Assembly: GCA_965224485.1 (NCBI GenBank)
Contig: CBDCZH010000007.1
Location: 45,152-109,151 of the forward strand
From: Arcobacteraceae bacterium
Lineage (GTDB): Bacteria; Campylobacterota; Campylobacteria; Campylobacterales; Arcobacteraceae
Length of the DNA stretch: 64,000 nucleotides
Direction of reading: 5' to 3'
Positions 49,428 to 59,776 of this stretch are shown here, one piece after another (the stretch's first letter is position 1; each line of letters starts with the position of its first letter). The position numbers and the translations under genes were made by a program. The notes under the pieces are model-generated. The model made no database searches, was not told where the DNA came from, and saw only the letters and a program-made list of their open reading frames with translations.

Positions 49428-52022
49428 ATGAAAAGTTTTAGTAAACTTACAACGTCGTTACTTTTAGGTGCTGCATTAACAACAAGTGTTGTAAATGCTC
49501 AAAGTGCTTTAGAAAAAGTAATGAAAGATAGAGGGCTTAACGAACAAGATGTTGTTAGAGCCGCAAAAACATACAATCCAACTGGTGTAAAAGATAAATA
49601 CGTAATTTTTTCATCTGGTGGTCAATCTGGACAAATAATTGTTTATGGTGTTCCATCAATGAGAATTTTAAAATATATTGCTGTATTTACTCCTGAACCA
49701 TGGCAAGGTTATGGTTATGATGTTGATTCTTTAAAAGTACTTAGACAAGGTAATATTAGAGGAAGAGAAATAAACTGGGGAGATACTCATCATCCAGGTC
49801 TTTCAGAAGTTGATGGTAAATATGATGGTAAGTGGTTAGCAATTAATGATAAAGCTAATCCAAGAATTGCTATTATTGATTTAGCAGATTTTGAAACTAA
49901 ACAAATTGTTCCAAATCCTGTATTTAAATCAAATCATGGTGGAGCATTTTTTACTCCAAACTCAGAATATATAATTGAATCTGCACAATATGCAGCTCCT
50001 TTTGATAATAACTACCATGCTATTGAAGATTATAAAGAATCTTATAGAGGTGGAGTTACTATGTGGAAATTTGACAATAAAATTGGTCGAATTTTACCAA
50101 AAGAATCATTTACTTTAGAATTTCCTCCTTATCATCAAGATTTATCTGATGCTGGAAAAGGTGAAAGTTATGGTTGGGGATTTACTAACTCATTTAATAC
50201 AGAAATGTATACAGGTGGGATAGAAGTTGGTAATCCACCAAATGAAGCTGGTATGTCTAGAAATGATACTGACTTTTTACATGTATATAACTGGAAAGTA
50301 TTAGAAAAACTTGCTAAAGATCCTAAAAATGTAAAAATCATTAATGATCATAGAGTTATTCCAATGGAAGTAGCTGTTAAAAATAATGCTTTATTTTTAA
50401 TTCCTGAACCTAAATCACCTCATGGTATTGATGTATCTCCTGATGGAAGATATATGATTGTATGTGGGAAACTAGATACTCATGCTTCTGTTTATGATTT
50501 TAGAAAAATTAAAAAACTAATTGACAAAAAAGAATTTATAGGAAAAGATCCTTACGGTATACCAATTTTAGATATGAAAAAATCTTTACATGGTCAAGCT
50601 GAATTAGGACTTGGGCCTTTACATAATCAATATTCAAATATTGATGGTGAAGTTTATACTTCTTTATATGTTGATTCACAAGTTGTAAAATGGAATTACA
50701 AAACATTAAAAGTACTTGACAAAGAAAATGTTCATTATAACATTGGTCACTTAGCTGGTATGGAAGGTAAAACTGCTGATCCTCAAGGGGATTATATTAT
50801 TGCACTTAACAAATTATCAATTGATAGATTTCAAAATGTAGGTCCACTACATCCACAAAATCATCAATTAATTGATATTTCTGGTAAAACTATGGATTTA
50901 TTAGTTGATATGCCTTTACCTTTAGGTGAGCCTCATCAAGCTGTTGGAATTAGAGCTTCTAAGCTTCATCCACATGTTAGATATAAAATGGGTACAAATA
51001 CTAAAACTGGTAAACAACATATTGGTAAAACATTAGCAGGTCAAGAAAGAATTGAGAGAGATGGAAATCATGTAACAATTTATGCTACATTAGTTAGATC
51101 TCATATTAATCCTGAAAGAATTACTGTTAATAAAGGTGATTTAGTAACTATTCATATGACAAACTTAGAGCGTGCTCAAGATGAAACACATGGATTTACT
51201 GTTGATAACTTTGATGTACATGCTTCTTTAGAACCTGGTGAAACTGGAACTTTAGAATTTACTGCTGATATTGAGGGTGTTTTTCCTTATTATTGTACAG
51301 AATTCTGTTCAGCTCTTCACTTAGAGATGATGGGATATTTAATGGTTAAAGATCCTAAGAAAACATATGTATCTGCAACTAAAATGAAAATCAAAACTAT
51401 GACTCCAACTGAACTTAAAGCTGAGTATGACAAAACAGTTGCTGTAAATGCTGCTACTGATGCTGTTATTCAAAGCGTTGTTAAATTCTTAAAAGACAAT
51501 GGTTTTGATAAATATAAAGTTGTAGCTGATTTAGTAACTGATGCTTTTGACCAATATGGTCAAATTCCTGCTGAAAAGAAAAAAGCTGATGCTGCCTTAG
51601 CTAAAGGTGATATCGTTAAAGCAATTTTACATGAAGGTATGATTTGGCAATTAATGGTTAAAACAGCTGATGTTGGAATTAGAGCAAAAGATACTTTAGT
51701 TCAAAAAATTGCTACTAAAAAAAGTGCTTCTGCTGCTCGTGGGCAAATAGCATTTGCTGAAGGTGGTTGTAATGGTTGTCACGTTATTGGTAAAGTATCT
51801 TCAGGACCAGATTTAACTGGAGTTTTATCAAGACATGAAAATGGTGAAAAATGGGTTAAATCATTCATTTTAGATCCAGAAGCTAAATTTGAAGAACCAT
51901 ATATTAAAGCTATGATTGATTATTTTAATTTAAAAATGCCTAATCAAGAAATGAGCAAAAAAGAAACTACAGATATCATCGAATATCTAAAATGGATAGA
52001 TACAAACGCGAATTTATTCTAA
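49428..52022 (+). CDS. nosZ: Clade II (Sec-dependent) cytochrome c nitrous-oxide reductase
   Basis: DTHH, PHG, GPLH, EPH CuZ ligands; CuA motif CTEFCSALHLEM; C-terminal CNGCH; no twin-arginine. Confidence 0.98.
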   Translation: MKSFSKLTTSLLLGAALTTSVVNAQSALEKVMKDRGLNEQDVVRAAKTYNPTGVKDKYVIFSSGGQSGQIIVYGVPSMRILKYIAVFTPEPWQGYGYDVDSLKVLRQGNIRGREINWGDTHHPGLSEVDGKYDGKWLAINDKANPRIAIIDLADFETKQIVPNPVFKSNHGGAFFTPNSEYIIESAQYAAPFDNNYHAIEDYKESYRGGVTMWKFDNKIGRILPKESFTLEFPPYHQDLSDAGKGESYGWGFTNSFNTEMYTGGIEVGNPPNEAGMSRNDTDFLHVYNWKVLEKLAKDPKNVKIINDHRVIPMEVAVKNNALFLIPEPKSPHGIDVSPDGRYMIVCGKLDTHASVYDFRKIKKLIDKKEFIGKDPYGIPILDMKKSLHGQAELGLGPLHNQYSNIDGEVYTSLYVDSQVVKWNYKTLKVLDKENVHYNIGHLAGMEGKTADPQGDYIIALNKLSIDRFQNVGPLHPQNHQLIDISGKTMDLLVDMPLPLGEPHQAVGIRASKLHPHVRYKMGTNTKTGKQHIGKTLAGQERIERDGNHVTIYATLVRSHINPERITVNKGDLVTIHMTNLERAQDETHGFTVDNFDVHASLEPGETGTLEFTADIEGVFPYYCTEFCSALHLEMMGYLMVKDPKKTYVSATKMKIKTMTPTELKAEYDKTVAVNAATDAVIQSVVKFLKDNGFDKYKVVADLVTDAFDQYGQIPAEKKKADAALAKGDIVKAILHEGMIWQLMVKTADVGIRAKDTLVQKIATKKSASAARGQIAFAEGGCNGCHVIGKVSSGPDLTGVLSRHENGEKWVKSFILDPEAKFEEPYIKAMIDYFNLKMPNQEMSKKETTDIIEYLKWIDTNANLF

Positions 52023-52031
52023 ATCTAATTA

Positions 52032-52064
52032 AATAAAACAGGAGATTTATTCTTCTGTTTTATT
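52032..52064 (+). terminator. Terminator/hairpin after nosZ
   Basis: AATAAAACAGGAGA-tttat-TCTTCTGTTTTATT. Confidence 0.7.
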
Positions 52065-52076
52065 GATAATTATCAA
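52063..52076. promoter_or_regulatory. FNR/Nss box upstream of nosB
   Basis: Perfect TTGAT-AATT-ATCAA. Confidence 0.75.
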
Positions 52077-52165
52077 GAACTTGAATATAAATATTAGTTA
52101 TACTCATAATTATTTATATAAGTATTAATTCAATACTTTTCTAAGTTATTAACAAAAGGAATCTT

Positions 52166-52948
52166 ATGCACAAAAGTTTTAAAAAATCAAAAATATTTGC
52201 TTTTTTAGCCCTAATTATTTTTACAGTTAGTTTTACTGTTCCTGTTATTTTATTTCACGGAACATTAAATAAAATACATGATGACAAAATAGAAGAAATA
52301 TCACCCTTAGCAATTAAAATCTGGAATCTTTATTCTGGAATGAAATACGCAAGTACAAATACTCCTGAAGATGCAAAACATGATCTTCTTAAGATGATTG
52401 AGAGTGGCTCAGAAATTGGAGCAGCATCTGTTCCTCTTTGGTCTGTATCCCTAGAAGCTCCAAATTATCCAAAAGAAGCTTTTCCTCAAGGAATTCCAGT
52501 ATATTTCCATTTTGATGGTTTTACAGGTGAAGTTCATGAAATGAATACTATTAATCACTATATAGGAATGGATCCTATGTGGAGAGGTGGTCAGTACGAA
52601 AGAGAATTAGCTCCTTATGCCTTATTAGGTTTAACATTTATTATGATTTTATTTATAGCTTATAATCACAGATTAATTACTCTTCTTATGTATGTTCCTG
52701 TAGTCCTTCCACTACTTTTTATTGCTGATTATGCTTATTGGCTATATTGGTTTGGACACAATTTACATGATTGGGGTGCATTTAATATAAAACCATTTAT
52801 GCCAACAGTCTTTGGTGATGGAAAAGTTGCACAATTTATTACTCACTCATATCCAGGAACTGGTTTTTATCTAATAGTTGCAGTTGCACTATTATCTTTA
52901 GTTGCAATAATATCTAAAAACAAAGCTATAAAAGAAAGTGGTTTATAA
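52166..52948 (+). CDS. nosB: NosB membrane protein
   Basis: LEAPNYP, EMNTINHYIGM and WLYWFGHNL; follows clade II nosZ. Confidence 0.88.
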   Translation: MHKSFKKSKIFAFLALIIFTVSFTVPVILFHGTLNKIHDDKIEEISPLAIKIWNLYSGMKYASTNTPEDAKHDLLKMIESGSEIGAASVPLWSVSLEAPNYPKEAFPQGIPVYFHFDGFTGEVHEMNTINHYIGMDPMWRGGQYERELAPYALLGLTFIMILFIAYNHRLITLLMYVPVVLPLLFIADYAYWLYWFGHNLHDWGAFNIKPFMPTVFGDGKVAQFITHSYPGTGFYLIVAVALLSLVAIISKNKAIKESGL

Positions 52949-52953
52949 GAAGT

Positions 52954-54177
52954 ATGATGAAAAATTATTTAATAATAGCTAGTTTACTTTTATCATTTTT
53001 ACAAGCATCTGTATTACAAGACGCTATAAACAATGCAAAACCTGGAGCTATTATAAAATTATCTAGTGGAGTTTATGAGGGAAATTTAGAAATTAATAAA
53101 CCTCTCTCCATTATAGGAATTGAAGATAATGTAATTATTAAAGGTGAAGGTAAAGGCACAGTTATAACAATAACTAGCTCTTACGTTACTTTGAAAAATT
53201 TAAGTATTAATAATTCTGGAGATAGACATGATACTCTAAATGCAGCTGTTAAAGTAAGCAAAGCAAAACAGTGTGAATTTTCAGATTTAATTATAAAAGA
53301 TACATTATTTGGAATAGATTTTCAACAAGTGTCAAATTCAATAATTTCAAATAATTATATAGAATCTAAAGATATTAGTTTAGGTTTACGAGGTGATGGA
53401 ATTAGGTTATGGTATAGCAATGATAATATTGTAAAAAATAATCACTTATACAAATCTCGTGATATGGTTATTTGGTATTCTCATGGAAATACTATTGAAG
53501 GAAATAGAGGTGAGCATGGAAGATATTCACTTCATTTTATGTATGCAGGGAAAAACTTAGTTAATAATAATCATTATAAATTTAACTCTGTTGGAATATT
53601 TTTTATGTATTCAAAAGATACTATTGCTACAAATAACTCTGTTCAAAGCTCACTTGGTAATACAGGTATGGGAATTGGATTAAAAGAAGTTAGTAATTTT
53701 ATTATAAAAAATAATACCTTTCTTTATAATGCAAGAGGTATGTATATAGATAGATCTCCATTTGATGAAGGAACTATTAATGATATTTCAAATAATAATA
53801 TTTTATATAATACAGAAGCTCTGCATTTTCACTCAATTTGTGAAAATAACGAAATAAAAAATAATAACTTTTCTGGTAATATTGAAGATATTATTAGTAA
53901 TACAAGAGGTGCTAAGATATATCTTAATACTTGGGATAATAATTATTGGGATAATTATCAAGGTTTTGATAGTAATAAAGACAATATAGGTGATAATCCT
54001 CATAAAATATTTCAATATGCAGATAAATTGTGGTTACAGTATCCTGAGTTAAAGTATTTTTATGGATCGCCTATTATCTCTATGTTAAATTTTCTAGCAA
54101 AATTAGCACCATTTACAGAACCTATATTTTTACTAGAAGATAAAACACCAATTATGTTTAAAAGAGTAATAAAATGA
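52954..54177 (+). CDS. nosD: N2O reductase maturation protein NosD
   Basis: LRGDGIRLWYS, RYSLHFMY and NYWDNYQGFD. Confidence 0.95.
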   Translation: MMKNYLIIASLLLSFLQASVLQDAINNAKPGAIIKLSSGVYEGNLEINKPLSIIGIEDNVIIKGEGKGTVITITSSYVTLKNLSINNSGDRHDTLNAAVKVSKAKQCEFSDLIIKDTLFGIDFQQVSNSIISNNYIESKDISLGLRGDGIRLWYSNDNIVKNNHLYKSRDMVIWYSHGNTIEGNRGEHGRYSLHFMYAGKNLVNNNHYKFNSVGIFFMYSKDTIATNNSVQSSLGNTGMGIGLKEVSNFIIKNNTFLYNARGMYIDRSPFDEGTINDISNNNILYNTEALHFHSICENNEIKNNNFSGNIEDIISNTRGAKIYLNTWDNNYWDNYQGFDSNKDNIGDNPHKIFQYADKLWLQYPELKYFYGSPIISMLNFLAKLAPFTEPIFLLEDKTPIMFKRVIK

Positions 54178-54896
54178 AAAATAGTAGAAGAAATTTTTTA
54201 CAATTTTCGACTCTAGGAATTTTAGGTCTTACTTTAGCAGGTGGAATAGCTGGTGTTCCATATATGAAAGCAAATACCTTAAAAGTTAGGCCTCCTGGAG
54301 CTGTTAGTGAAGAAGATTTTTTGGCTTTATGTATAAAATGTGGGCAATGTTTACAAGTATGTCCTTATCATAGTATAGAGCTTGACTCGATTTTTGCAGG
54401 TCATGGAATTGGAACTCCATTTATTGATACTCTTAATCGTGCTTGTTATTTATGTACAGCTTTACCTTGCGTTTTAGCCTGTCCAAGCGGTGCATTAGAT
54501 CATAATGTATCGAAACCTGAAGATATTGAACCTATGGGGATTGCAGTGTTAGAGAGATCAAATCAATGTATAGCCATTTCAAAAGAAAAAGTAGAAAAAA
54601 AACATATAAAGAGGATATTTTCACATCCTCATAGTAATTACCAAGAAGAAGAAGTTTTGGACAAACTTGAAACCTTTGTTGGAAAAGGGTGTACAATTTG
54701 TGCAGATATGTGTCCATATCCCAATGCTATTGAAGCAATAGAAATGATTCCCGACAGACTTGCAGGCGGCTTTCGACCGCAGTTCAACGATAAGTGTGTA
54801 GGATGTGGTGTTTGTGAGGAATTATGTCCAACAAATGCTATTACTATTAAACCAAGATTATCACATAATGATTATTATATAAAGGGCCAAAGATAA
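54174..54896 (+). CDS. nosG: NapG-like 4Fe-4S protein NosG
   Basis: Tat signal SRRNFL, RPPGA and multiple CxxCxxCxxxCP motifs. Confidence 0.9.
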   Translation: MKNSRRNFLQFSTLGILGLTLAGGIAGVPYMKANTLKVRPPGAVSEEDFLALCIKCGQCLQVCPYHSIELDSIFAGHGIGTPFIDTLNRACYLCTALPCVLACPSGALDHNVSKPEDIEPMGIAVLERSNQCIAISKEKVEKKHIKRIFSHPHSNYQEEEVLDKLETFVGKGCTICADMCPYPNAIEAIEMIPDRLAGGFRPQFNDKCVGCGVCEELCPTNAITIKPRLSHNDYYIKGQR

Positions 54897-55444
54897 TGAA
54901 ATTAAGAAACACGATTCTAGTATTAAGTTCACTTTTGATTTTTTCTGCTTGTTCAGATAAAAAAGAAGAGAACAAAAAAGAAGTTTCAGTAGCGAAAGCT
55001 GGAAAAATTGAAATAGTTAAAAATGAAGATGCTTATGAAAAAAAAGTAGAAGAAGTAGAAAAAACAGAAGATAGATCTTATTATTATTCATATAATAAGC
55101 AAAAAGATGAAACAAAAAAAAGAACAGTAGTTGATGCTAATATGAATATTAGATCACCTTATGAAAAAGTTGAGATTTCTATGCTAGTTGGATCACTTAG
55201 TAAAGACTTTATTGTTAAATGTTCTGCTTGTCATAATGATTATGCTAATGGGGTTATTGGTCCATCATTATTAAAAAAAGATGCTAAGTTTATAAAAGAC
55301 TCTATCTTATCTTTTAAAACAGATCCAAAGAAAAATATATTAATGACTGAATTGGTTAAACAATTAAGTCTTAAAGAAATAAATAAACTAGCAAATGAAA
55401 TTGCTAATTTTAATCAAAAAATAAAAGAATTAAAGGCTAAATAA
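54896..55444 (+). CDS. nosC1: Monohaem cytochrome c lipoprotein NosC1
   Basis: Lipobox FSAC; CSACH. Confidence 0.8.
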   Translation: MKLRNTILVLSSLLIFSACSDKKEENKKEVSVAKAGKIEIVKNEDAYEKKVEEVEKTEDRSYYYSYNKQKDETKKRTVVDANMNIRSPYEKVEISMLVGSLSKDFIVKCSACHNDYANGVIGPSLLKKDAKFIKDSILSFKTDPKKNILMTELVKQLSLKEINKLANEIANFNQKIKELKAK

Positions 55445-55893
55445 TGAAAAATATAATTGTAGGACTTTCAACCCTAATAATTTTTATCTCAGCTGGATAC
55501 GTTGCTACCGTAGGTGGAGCATTTCAAGGTGGAGAAGCTGGTAATATAATTGAAGATATAAAAACATTTAAAGAAAATAAAATAGCTAAGAGCGAAAATA
55601 AAGAAGATGATAAATTAAGAGCTTTAAAAGAAAAAGCTGGAAATATTTCATCTTTTAAAGTTTCAAAAAATTATAGAAGTAAGTGTGCTTCTTGTCATGG
55701 TGTAAATGGACAAGGAATTTTAGGACCAAAATTATTTGATAAAAGTGCTAAATATATTTATGCTGCATTAATTGAGTATAAGAGTGGTAGAAAAGAAAAT
55801 GCTGTTATGAAAGGTTTATTAATGAATATAGAAATAGATGAACTTAAAGAATTAGCTGATGAAATAGGCGCTTTTAAAGACAAGGCTAAATAA
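55444..55893 (+). CDS. nosC2: Monohaem cytochrome c NosC2
   Basis: CASCH; N-terminal anchor. Confidence 0.8.
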   Translation: MKNIIVGLSTLIIFISAGYVATVGGAFQGGEAGNIIEDIKTFKENKIAKSENKEDDKLRALKEKAGNISSFKVSKNYRSKCASCHGVNGQGILGPKLFDKSAKYIYAALIEYKSGRKENAVMKGLLMNIEIDELKELADEIGAFKDKAK

Positions 55894-55903
55894 AAGGTTT
55901 TTT

Positions 55904-56809
55904 ATGGATAAGTTTAAGATAAGAGCAACAATTGCAAATACATCTTTTTTATCAACATTTATTGATACAAATGCTAAAGGGAAAAAAAGTTTAAGTATAA
56001 GAGCAAAAAGATATATGAGTGTAATCTCTATTCACCTTTTTTTCTTCTTATCTTTTTTTCTTGATATTCAATTATTAGAAGGAACTTTAAGTGGTTCTAG
56101 GTTCTTAGGTTTTCATATGATAGATATATTTACGACTTTAGAAGTATATGCAGCTACATATCATTTACCAATTAATATGATAATTGGAACAGGAACTATA
56201 CTTATAGTATATCTATTAATAGGTGGAAGAACATATTGTTCTTGGGTCTGCCCATATGGTATAATAAGTGAAATTGCTGAAAAGTTAAATAATACCTTGG
56301 TGAAAAAAAAAGTTATAAAACAAAGAACTTTTAATAAAAATATAAAATATATTTTTTGGTTAATGTTTTTAATTATGTGTTTTACTAGTGGTTATATTGT
56401 TTTTGAAACAATAAACGTAATTGGTATATTAAGCCGTGCTATTGTATATGGTTGGTCTATTGGTATTATTTGGGTACTGTTAGTTTTGTGTATAGAAATC
56501 TTTTATTCACGTCGTGCTTGGTGTAAATATATCTGTCCTGTTGGAACAACATATGGGGCAATTGGTTGGGCTAGTGCTACAAAAATACAATGGAATGATA
56601 ATTGTGATCATTGTATGGTTTGCCATGATGCCTGTTTTGAAAATCATGTACTTGATTTAACAAAAGCAAAACATGATAAAAGAAGAAAAGAACAAAATAT
56701 AAAAGAAGAGTATGTTTTAAATGGTGACTGTACACTCTGTGGAAGATGTATAGATGTATGTCATGCTGATGCTCTAAAAATTGAATTTAGGTTAAAAAGT
56801 ATATTATGA
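55904..56809 (+). CDS. nosH: NapH-like membrane polyferredoxin NosH
   Basis: GGRTYCSWVCP, WCKYICP and CTLCGRCIDVC. Confidence 0.9.
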   Translation: MDKFKIRATIANTSFLSTFIDTNAKGKKSLSIRAKRYMSVISIHLFFFLSFFLDIQLLEGTLSGSRFLGFHMIDIFTTLEVYAATYHLPINMIIGTGTILIVYLLIGGRTYCSWVCPYGIISEIAEKLNNTLVKKKVIKQRTFNKNIKYIFWLMFLIMCFTSGYIVFETINVIGILSRAIVYGWSIGIIWVLLVLCIEIFYSRRAWCKYICPVGTTYGAIGWASATKIQWNDNCDHCMVCHDACFENHVLDLTKAKHDKRRKEQNIKEEYVLNGDCTLCGRCIDVCHADALKIEFRLKSIL

Positions 56810-57444
56810 TAAAAATTAAAAATTTGACAAAGAAATTTGGTTCTACTATAAGTTTAGACAATATAAACTTAGAGTTTAACAAAAGTGATCATGTGGCTTT
56901 AATGGGCCCAAATGGTGCTGGTAAAACTACTTTAATTAGATTAATTCTAGGGTATTACCATGCAAACTCAGGTGATGTTTTAATAAATGGTTTAAATCCT
57001 ATTAAAAATAGAATTGATATATTAAACTCTATTTCTTTTGTACCACAACTTCCACCTCCAATTAAACTAAGTCTTAGCGAACTAATTCACTATATAAGTG
57101 TAAGTTCAAAAATTGATAAAAATTTAATCTTTTCTTTTGCAAAAGAGATGGAATTAGACTTAAAACCAATCTTGCATAAATCATTTTTCAAACTTTCAGG
57201 AGGAATGAAACAAAAATTATTAATTGCTGTTTCACTTGCTAAAAATTCTAAAATTATGATTTATGATGAACCAACTGCAAACTTAGACCCAAAAGCAAGA
57301 GATAACTTTTATAGACTTCTTAAACAAACAGAAGATGATAAGATTATGTTGTTTGTAACTCATAGATTAGATGAAGTAAAAGATATAACAAATAGACAAA
57401 TATATTTTGATCTAGGGAAAGTTGTAAGTGATGATAAATTTTAA
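56806..57444 (+). CDS. nosF: ABC ATPase NosF
   Basis: GPNGAGKT, LSGGMKQ and DEPT. Confidence 0.9.
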   Translation: MIKIKNLTKKFGSTISLDNINLEFNKSDHVALMGPNGAGKTTLIRLILGYYHANSGDVLINGLNPIKNRIDILNSISFVPQLPPPIKLSLSELIHYISVSSKIDKNLIFSFAKEMELDLKPILHKSFFKLSGGMKQKLLIAVSLAKNSKIMIYDEPTANLDPKARDNFYRLLKQTEDDKIMLFVTHRLDEVKDITNRQIYFDLGKVVSDDKF

Positions 57445-57937
57445 AGTTTTTAAATTTATTGCTATTTTTATAGTAGCTATATTTTTAAGTTCTTGTACTG
57501 AAAAGAATCCCGAAGAGATGAGTAAAATTCATTGGGATAGAGATATGTGTGAAAGATGTAAAATGCTTATTAGTGAAAAACATTTTGCAGTACAAATAAT
57601 TAATACTAAAACTAGAAAAGCATATATGTTTGATGACTTGGGATGTGCTGTTTTGTGGTTTAAAGAAGAAGAAAAAAACTGGTTTAAAGAAGCAAAGGTT
57701 TGGATTGCTGATGCTAGTAATACTAAGTTTATAGATGCTAAAGAAGCTTTTTATACAAAAGAAAATTTGACACCTATGGGTTATGGTTTAAATGCTTATA
57801 AAAAAGAGACTCTACCAAAAGATAAAGAAATATTAACTTTTGAAAAGGCACTTGAAAATATTTATAAACAAGATGAACTATATCAAAAAAGAAAAAAAGA
57901 AGTTTTAAAACAAAGAAAAGGGCAAAAAAGTGAATAA
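57428..57937 (+). CDS. nosL: NosL-family copper chaperone lipoprotein
   Basis: Lipobox LSSC, CERCKM, FDDLGC and TPMGYG. Confidence 0.85.
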   Translation: MMINFKVFKFIAIFIVAIFLSSCTEKNPEEMSKIHWDRDMCERCKMLISEKHFAVQIINTKTRKAYMFDDLGCAVLWFKEEEKNWFKEAKVWIADASNTKFIDAKEAFYTKENLTPMGYGLNAYKKETLPKDKEILTFEKALENIYKQDELYQKRKKEVLKQRKGQKSE

Positions 57938-58757
57938 TCTATTTTTAGTTGCGTTTTTAGATTTAAAAGAGTCAATAAGAGCTAAGTGGTTTTTAGTATA
58001 CTCATTTGTATTTGGAGGACTAATAGCTCTATTTTTTATAGCAGGAGTTACTCAGTCTCAAGTGATGGGGTTTTCAGGATTAAGTAGACTTTTACTAATG
58101 TATATACAAGTAACTATTGTTATTTTACCTATTTTTATTTTAATTACAACAGTTAGATCAATATCATCTGACAGAGATTCTAATATTTTAGAATATATGT
58201 TATCGTTTCCAATTTCATTGAAACAATATTATTGGGGAAAAGTAATAGGAAGATTTATAACAGTATTTTCACCTGTATTTTTAGCAATGATAATTGCTGT
58301 TATTGTTGGTTTCTTTAAAGGTGCAGCTATTCCTTGGGATATATTATTTTTATACTCAGGACTATTATTTGCCTTATGTTTATCATTTTTAGGAATTGCT
58401 TTTTTTATCTCAACAATAGTAAAATCATCTGAGGTTTCTTTAGGAATTGCATTTTTTATCTGGATATTTTTACTAGCTTTTATAGATATTGCTTTAATTT
58501 CTTTAATGCTTAAAAATAGACTAGATGAGAGTTTGATTATAGGAATTTCTTTAATTAACCCTTTAGAAGTATTTAGAGTTGCTGCTATTTCATTATTTGA
58601 TCCAGAACTAACTGTTATGGGTCCAGTTGCATATAGAATACTTGATACAATTAATCAAAAAGCTTTTGTTGCTTTATCAATTATTTATCCAGTTATTTTA
58701 GGTTTTGCGTTTGCATTATTAGGTTTTATTACCTTTAGAAAAAAAGATTTGGTTTAG
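57930..58757 (+). CDS. nosY: ABC permease NosY
   Basis: Hydrophobic protein with LEYMLSFP and INPLEVFR; nos context. Confidence 0.88.
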   Translation: MNNLFLVAFLDLKESIRAKWFLVYSFVFGGLIALFFIAGVTQSQVMGFSGLSRLLLMYIQVTIVILPIFILITTVRSISSDRDSNILEYMLSFPISLKQYYWGKVIGRFITVFSPVFLAMIIAVIVGFFKGAAIPWDILFLYSGLLFALCLSFLGIAFFISTIVKSSEVSLGIAFFIWIFLLAFIDIALISLMLKNRLDESLIIGISLINPLEVFRVAAISLFDPELTVMGPVAYRILDTINQKAFVALSIIYPVILGFAFALLGFITFRKKDLV

Positions 58758-58765
58758 GAGTAAAA

Positions 58766-59239
58766 ATGTTTAAAAAAATTATATGTGGATTAGTTTTAAT
58801 TAGTTCTTTGTCTTTCTCTTTAGAGATTAATTTTACAAAAGAAGATACAGGTGCTATTAGAAAATTAAAAGTTTATAAAAATCCTATTTGGGTTGCACAG
58901 ATTACAACAACAGATAAACAAAAACTTTTATTTTCTTCACCTAAGTCTATGTTTGAATTTTATTTTGTACCATTTAATTTTCCAGATTATAAAATTGAAT
59001 CAAGTGATGATATTGTAGAAATTTTAGTAACAGATTATAAAACATCTAAAATCATCAATGCAAGAAGTGCTTATTATGTTTATGGTTCTAATAAAACATC
59101 TCCAGCTGGTGATGATTTACCTGCATTTGAGAAAGAAGAAGATGCTAAGAGTTTTTCTTTGATTCATAAGGGTAGAAGGATTATGAGATTTTCAAAAGTT
59201 CCTTATGGTTTAATAAAACTATTAAACGGTGATATCTAA
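58766..59239 (+). CDS. nosL: Second NosL-like protein
   Basis: FSSPKSMF, VTDY, AYYVYGS, SPAGDDLPAF; lacks the CxxCxM motif. Confidence 0.75.
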   Translation: MFKKIICGLVLISSLSFSLEINFTKEDTGAIRKLKVYKNPIWVAQITTTDKQKLLFSSPKSMFEFYFVPFNFPDYKIESSDDIVEILVTDYKTSKIINARSAYYVYGSNKTSPAGDDLPAFEKEEDAKSFSLIHKGRRIMRFSKVPYGLIKLLNGDI

Positions 59240-59241
59240 AA

Positions 59242-59272
59242 ATATTAAAGAAGATTTATTCTTCTTTAATAT
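59242..59272 (+). terminator. Terminator at the end of the nos cluster
   Basis: ATATTAAAGAAGA-tttat-TCTTCTTTAATAT. Confidence 0.7.
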
Positions 59273-59354
59273 ACTTCTTATATTTAAAACAACTAATTCC
59301 TCTCTATATTAATTATTACTTAAAATATTAATTTATATCATTAATTTAAATTTA

Positions 59355-59368
59355 TTGACACTTATCAA
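59355..59368. promoter_or_regulatory. FNR/Nss box upstream of the nor operon
   Basis: TTGA-CACTTA-TCAA, 64 nt before the first ORF. Confidence 0.75.
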
Positions 59369-59432
59369 GTTTTTTTTTCCTTTTTTATATTAAAATTTTA
59401 CTTAGTTCTTATATCGCTAAAGGAGAAAAAGT

Positions 59433-59759
59433 ATGGAACCTATTTTAATTGTTAGACCAGAAATCGCTTTAAATGATTTCTTGCCTATATTTTTAACTTC
59501 TTCATTTGTATTGCTATTTGGACTATTTTATGTAGCTATTTATACGCTAGTGAAGATGGGTAAGCTAAAAAGTATATACATGCCTTTGGCATATATATTT
59601 TGGGCTTTACAAACATATTGTATGTTTTACTTCGTTGACAAGATTCAAAGTAGTGATTTTACTATGAAAGCAATGATGGTAGTGATGGTAGCTTATTTAA
59701 TTTTACCTCACTTATATTATCATTTGAATCAAAGAAGCGAAGAAAGATATGAACAATAA
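59433..59759 (+). CDS. Small membrane protein preceding norC
   Basis: 108 aa, about 3 TM helices, AAGGAG RBS. Confidence 0.75.
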   Translation: MEPILIVRPEIALNDFLPIFLTSSFVLLFGLFYVAIYTLVKMGKLKSIYMPLAYIFWALQTYCMFYFVDKIQSSDFTMKAMMVVMVAYLILPHLYYHLNQRSEERYEQ

Positions 59760-59776
59760 AAAAGAAGGAGAAACAA

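Noticed and set aside
2979..54717. Short antisense or overlapping ORFs in the track (2979-3209, 8241-8471, 13416-13682, 17045-17350, 19087-19281, 20146-20475, 22773-22970, 23760-23954, 26338-26688, 28825-29088, 28905-29105, 32611-32949, 35111-35461, 35514-35813, 41539-41736, 46458-46643, 48762-48989, 53833-54015, 54532-54717)
   Set aside because: Shadow frames of well-supported genes on the opposite strand or in another frame, with no recognisable motifs.
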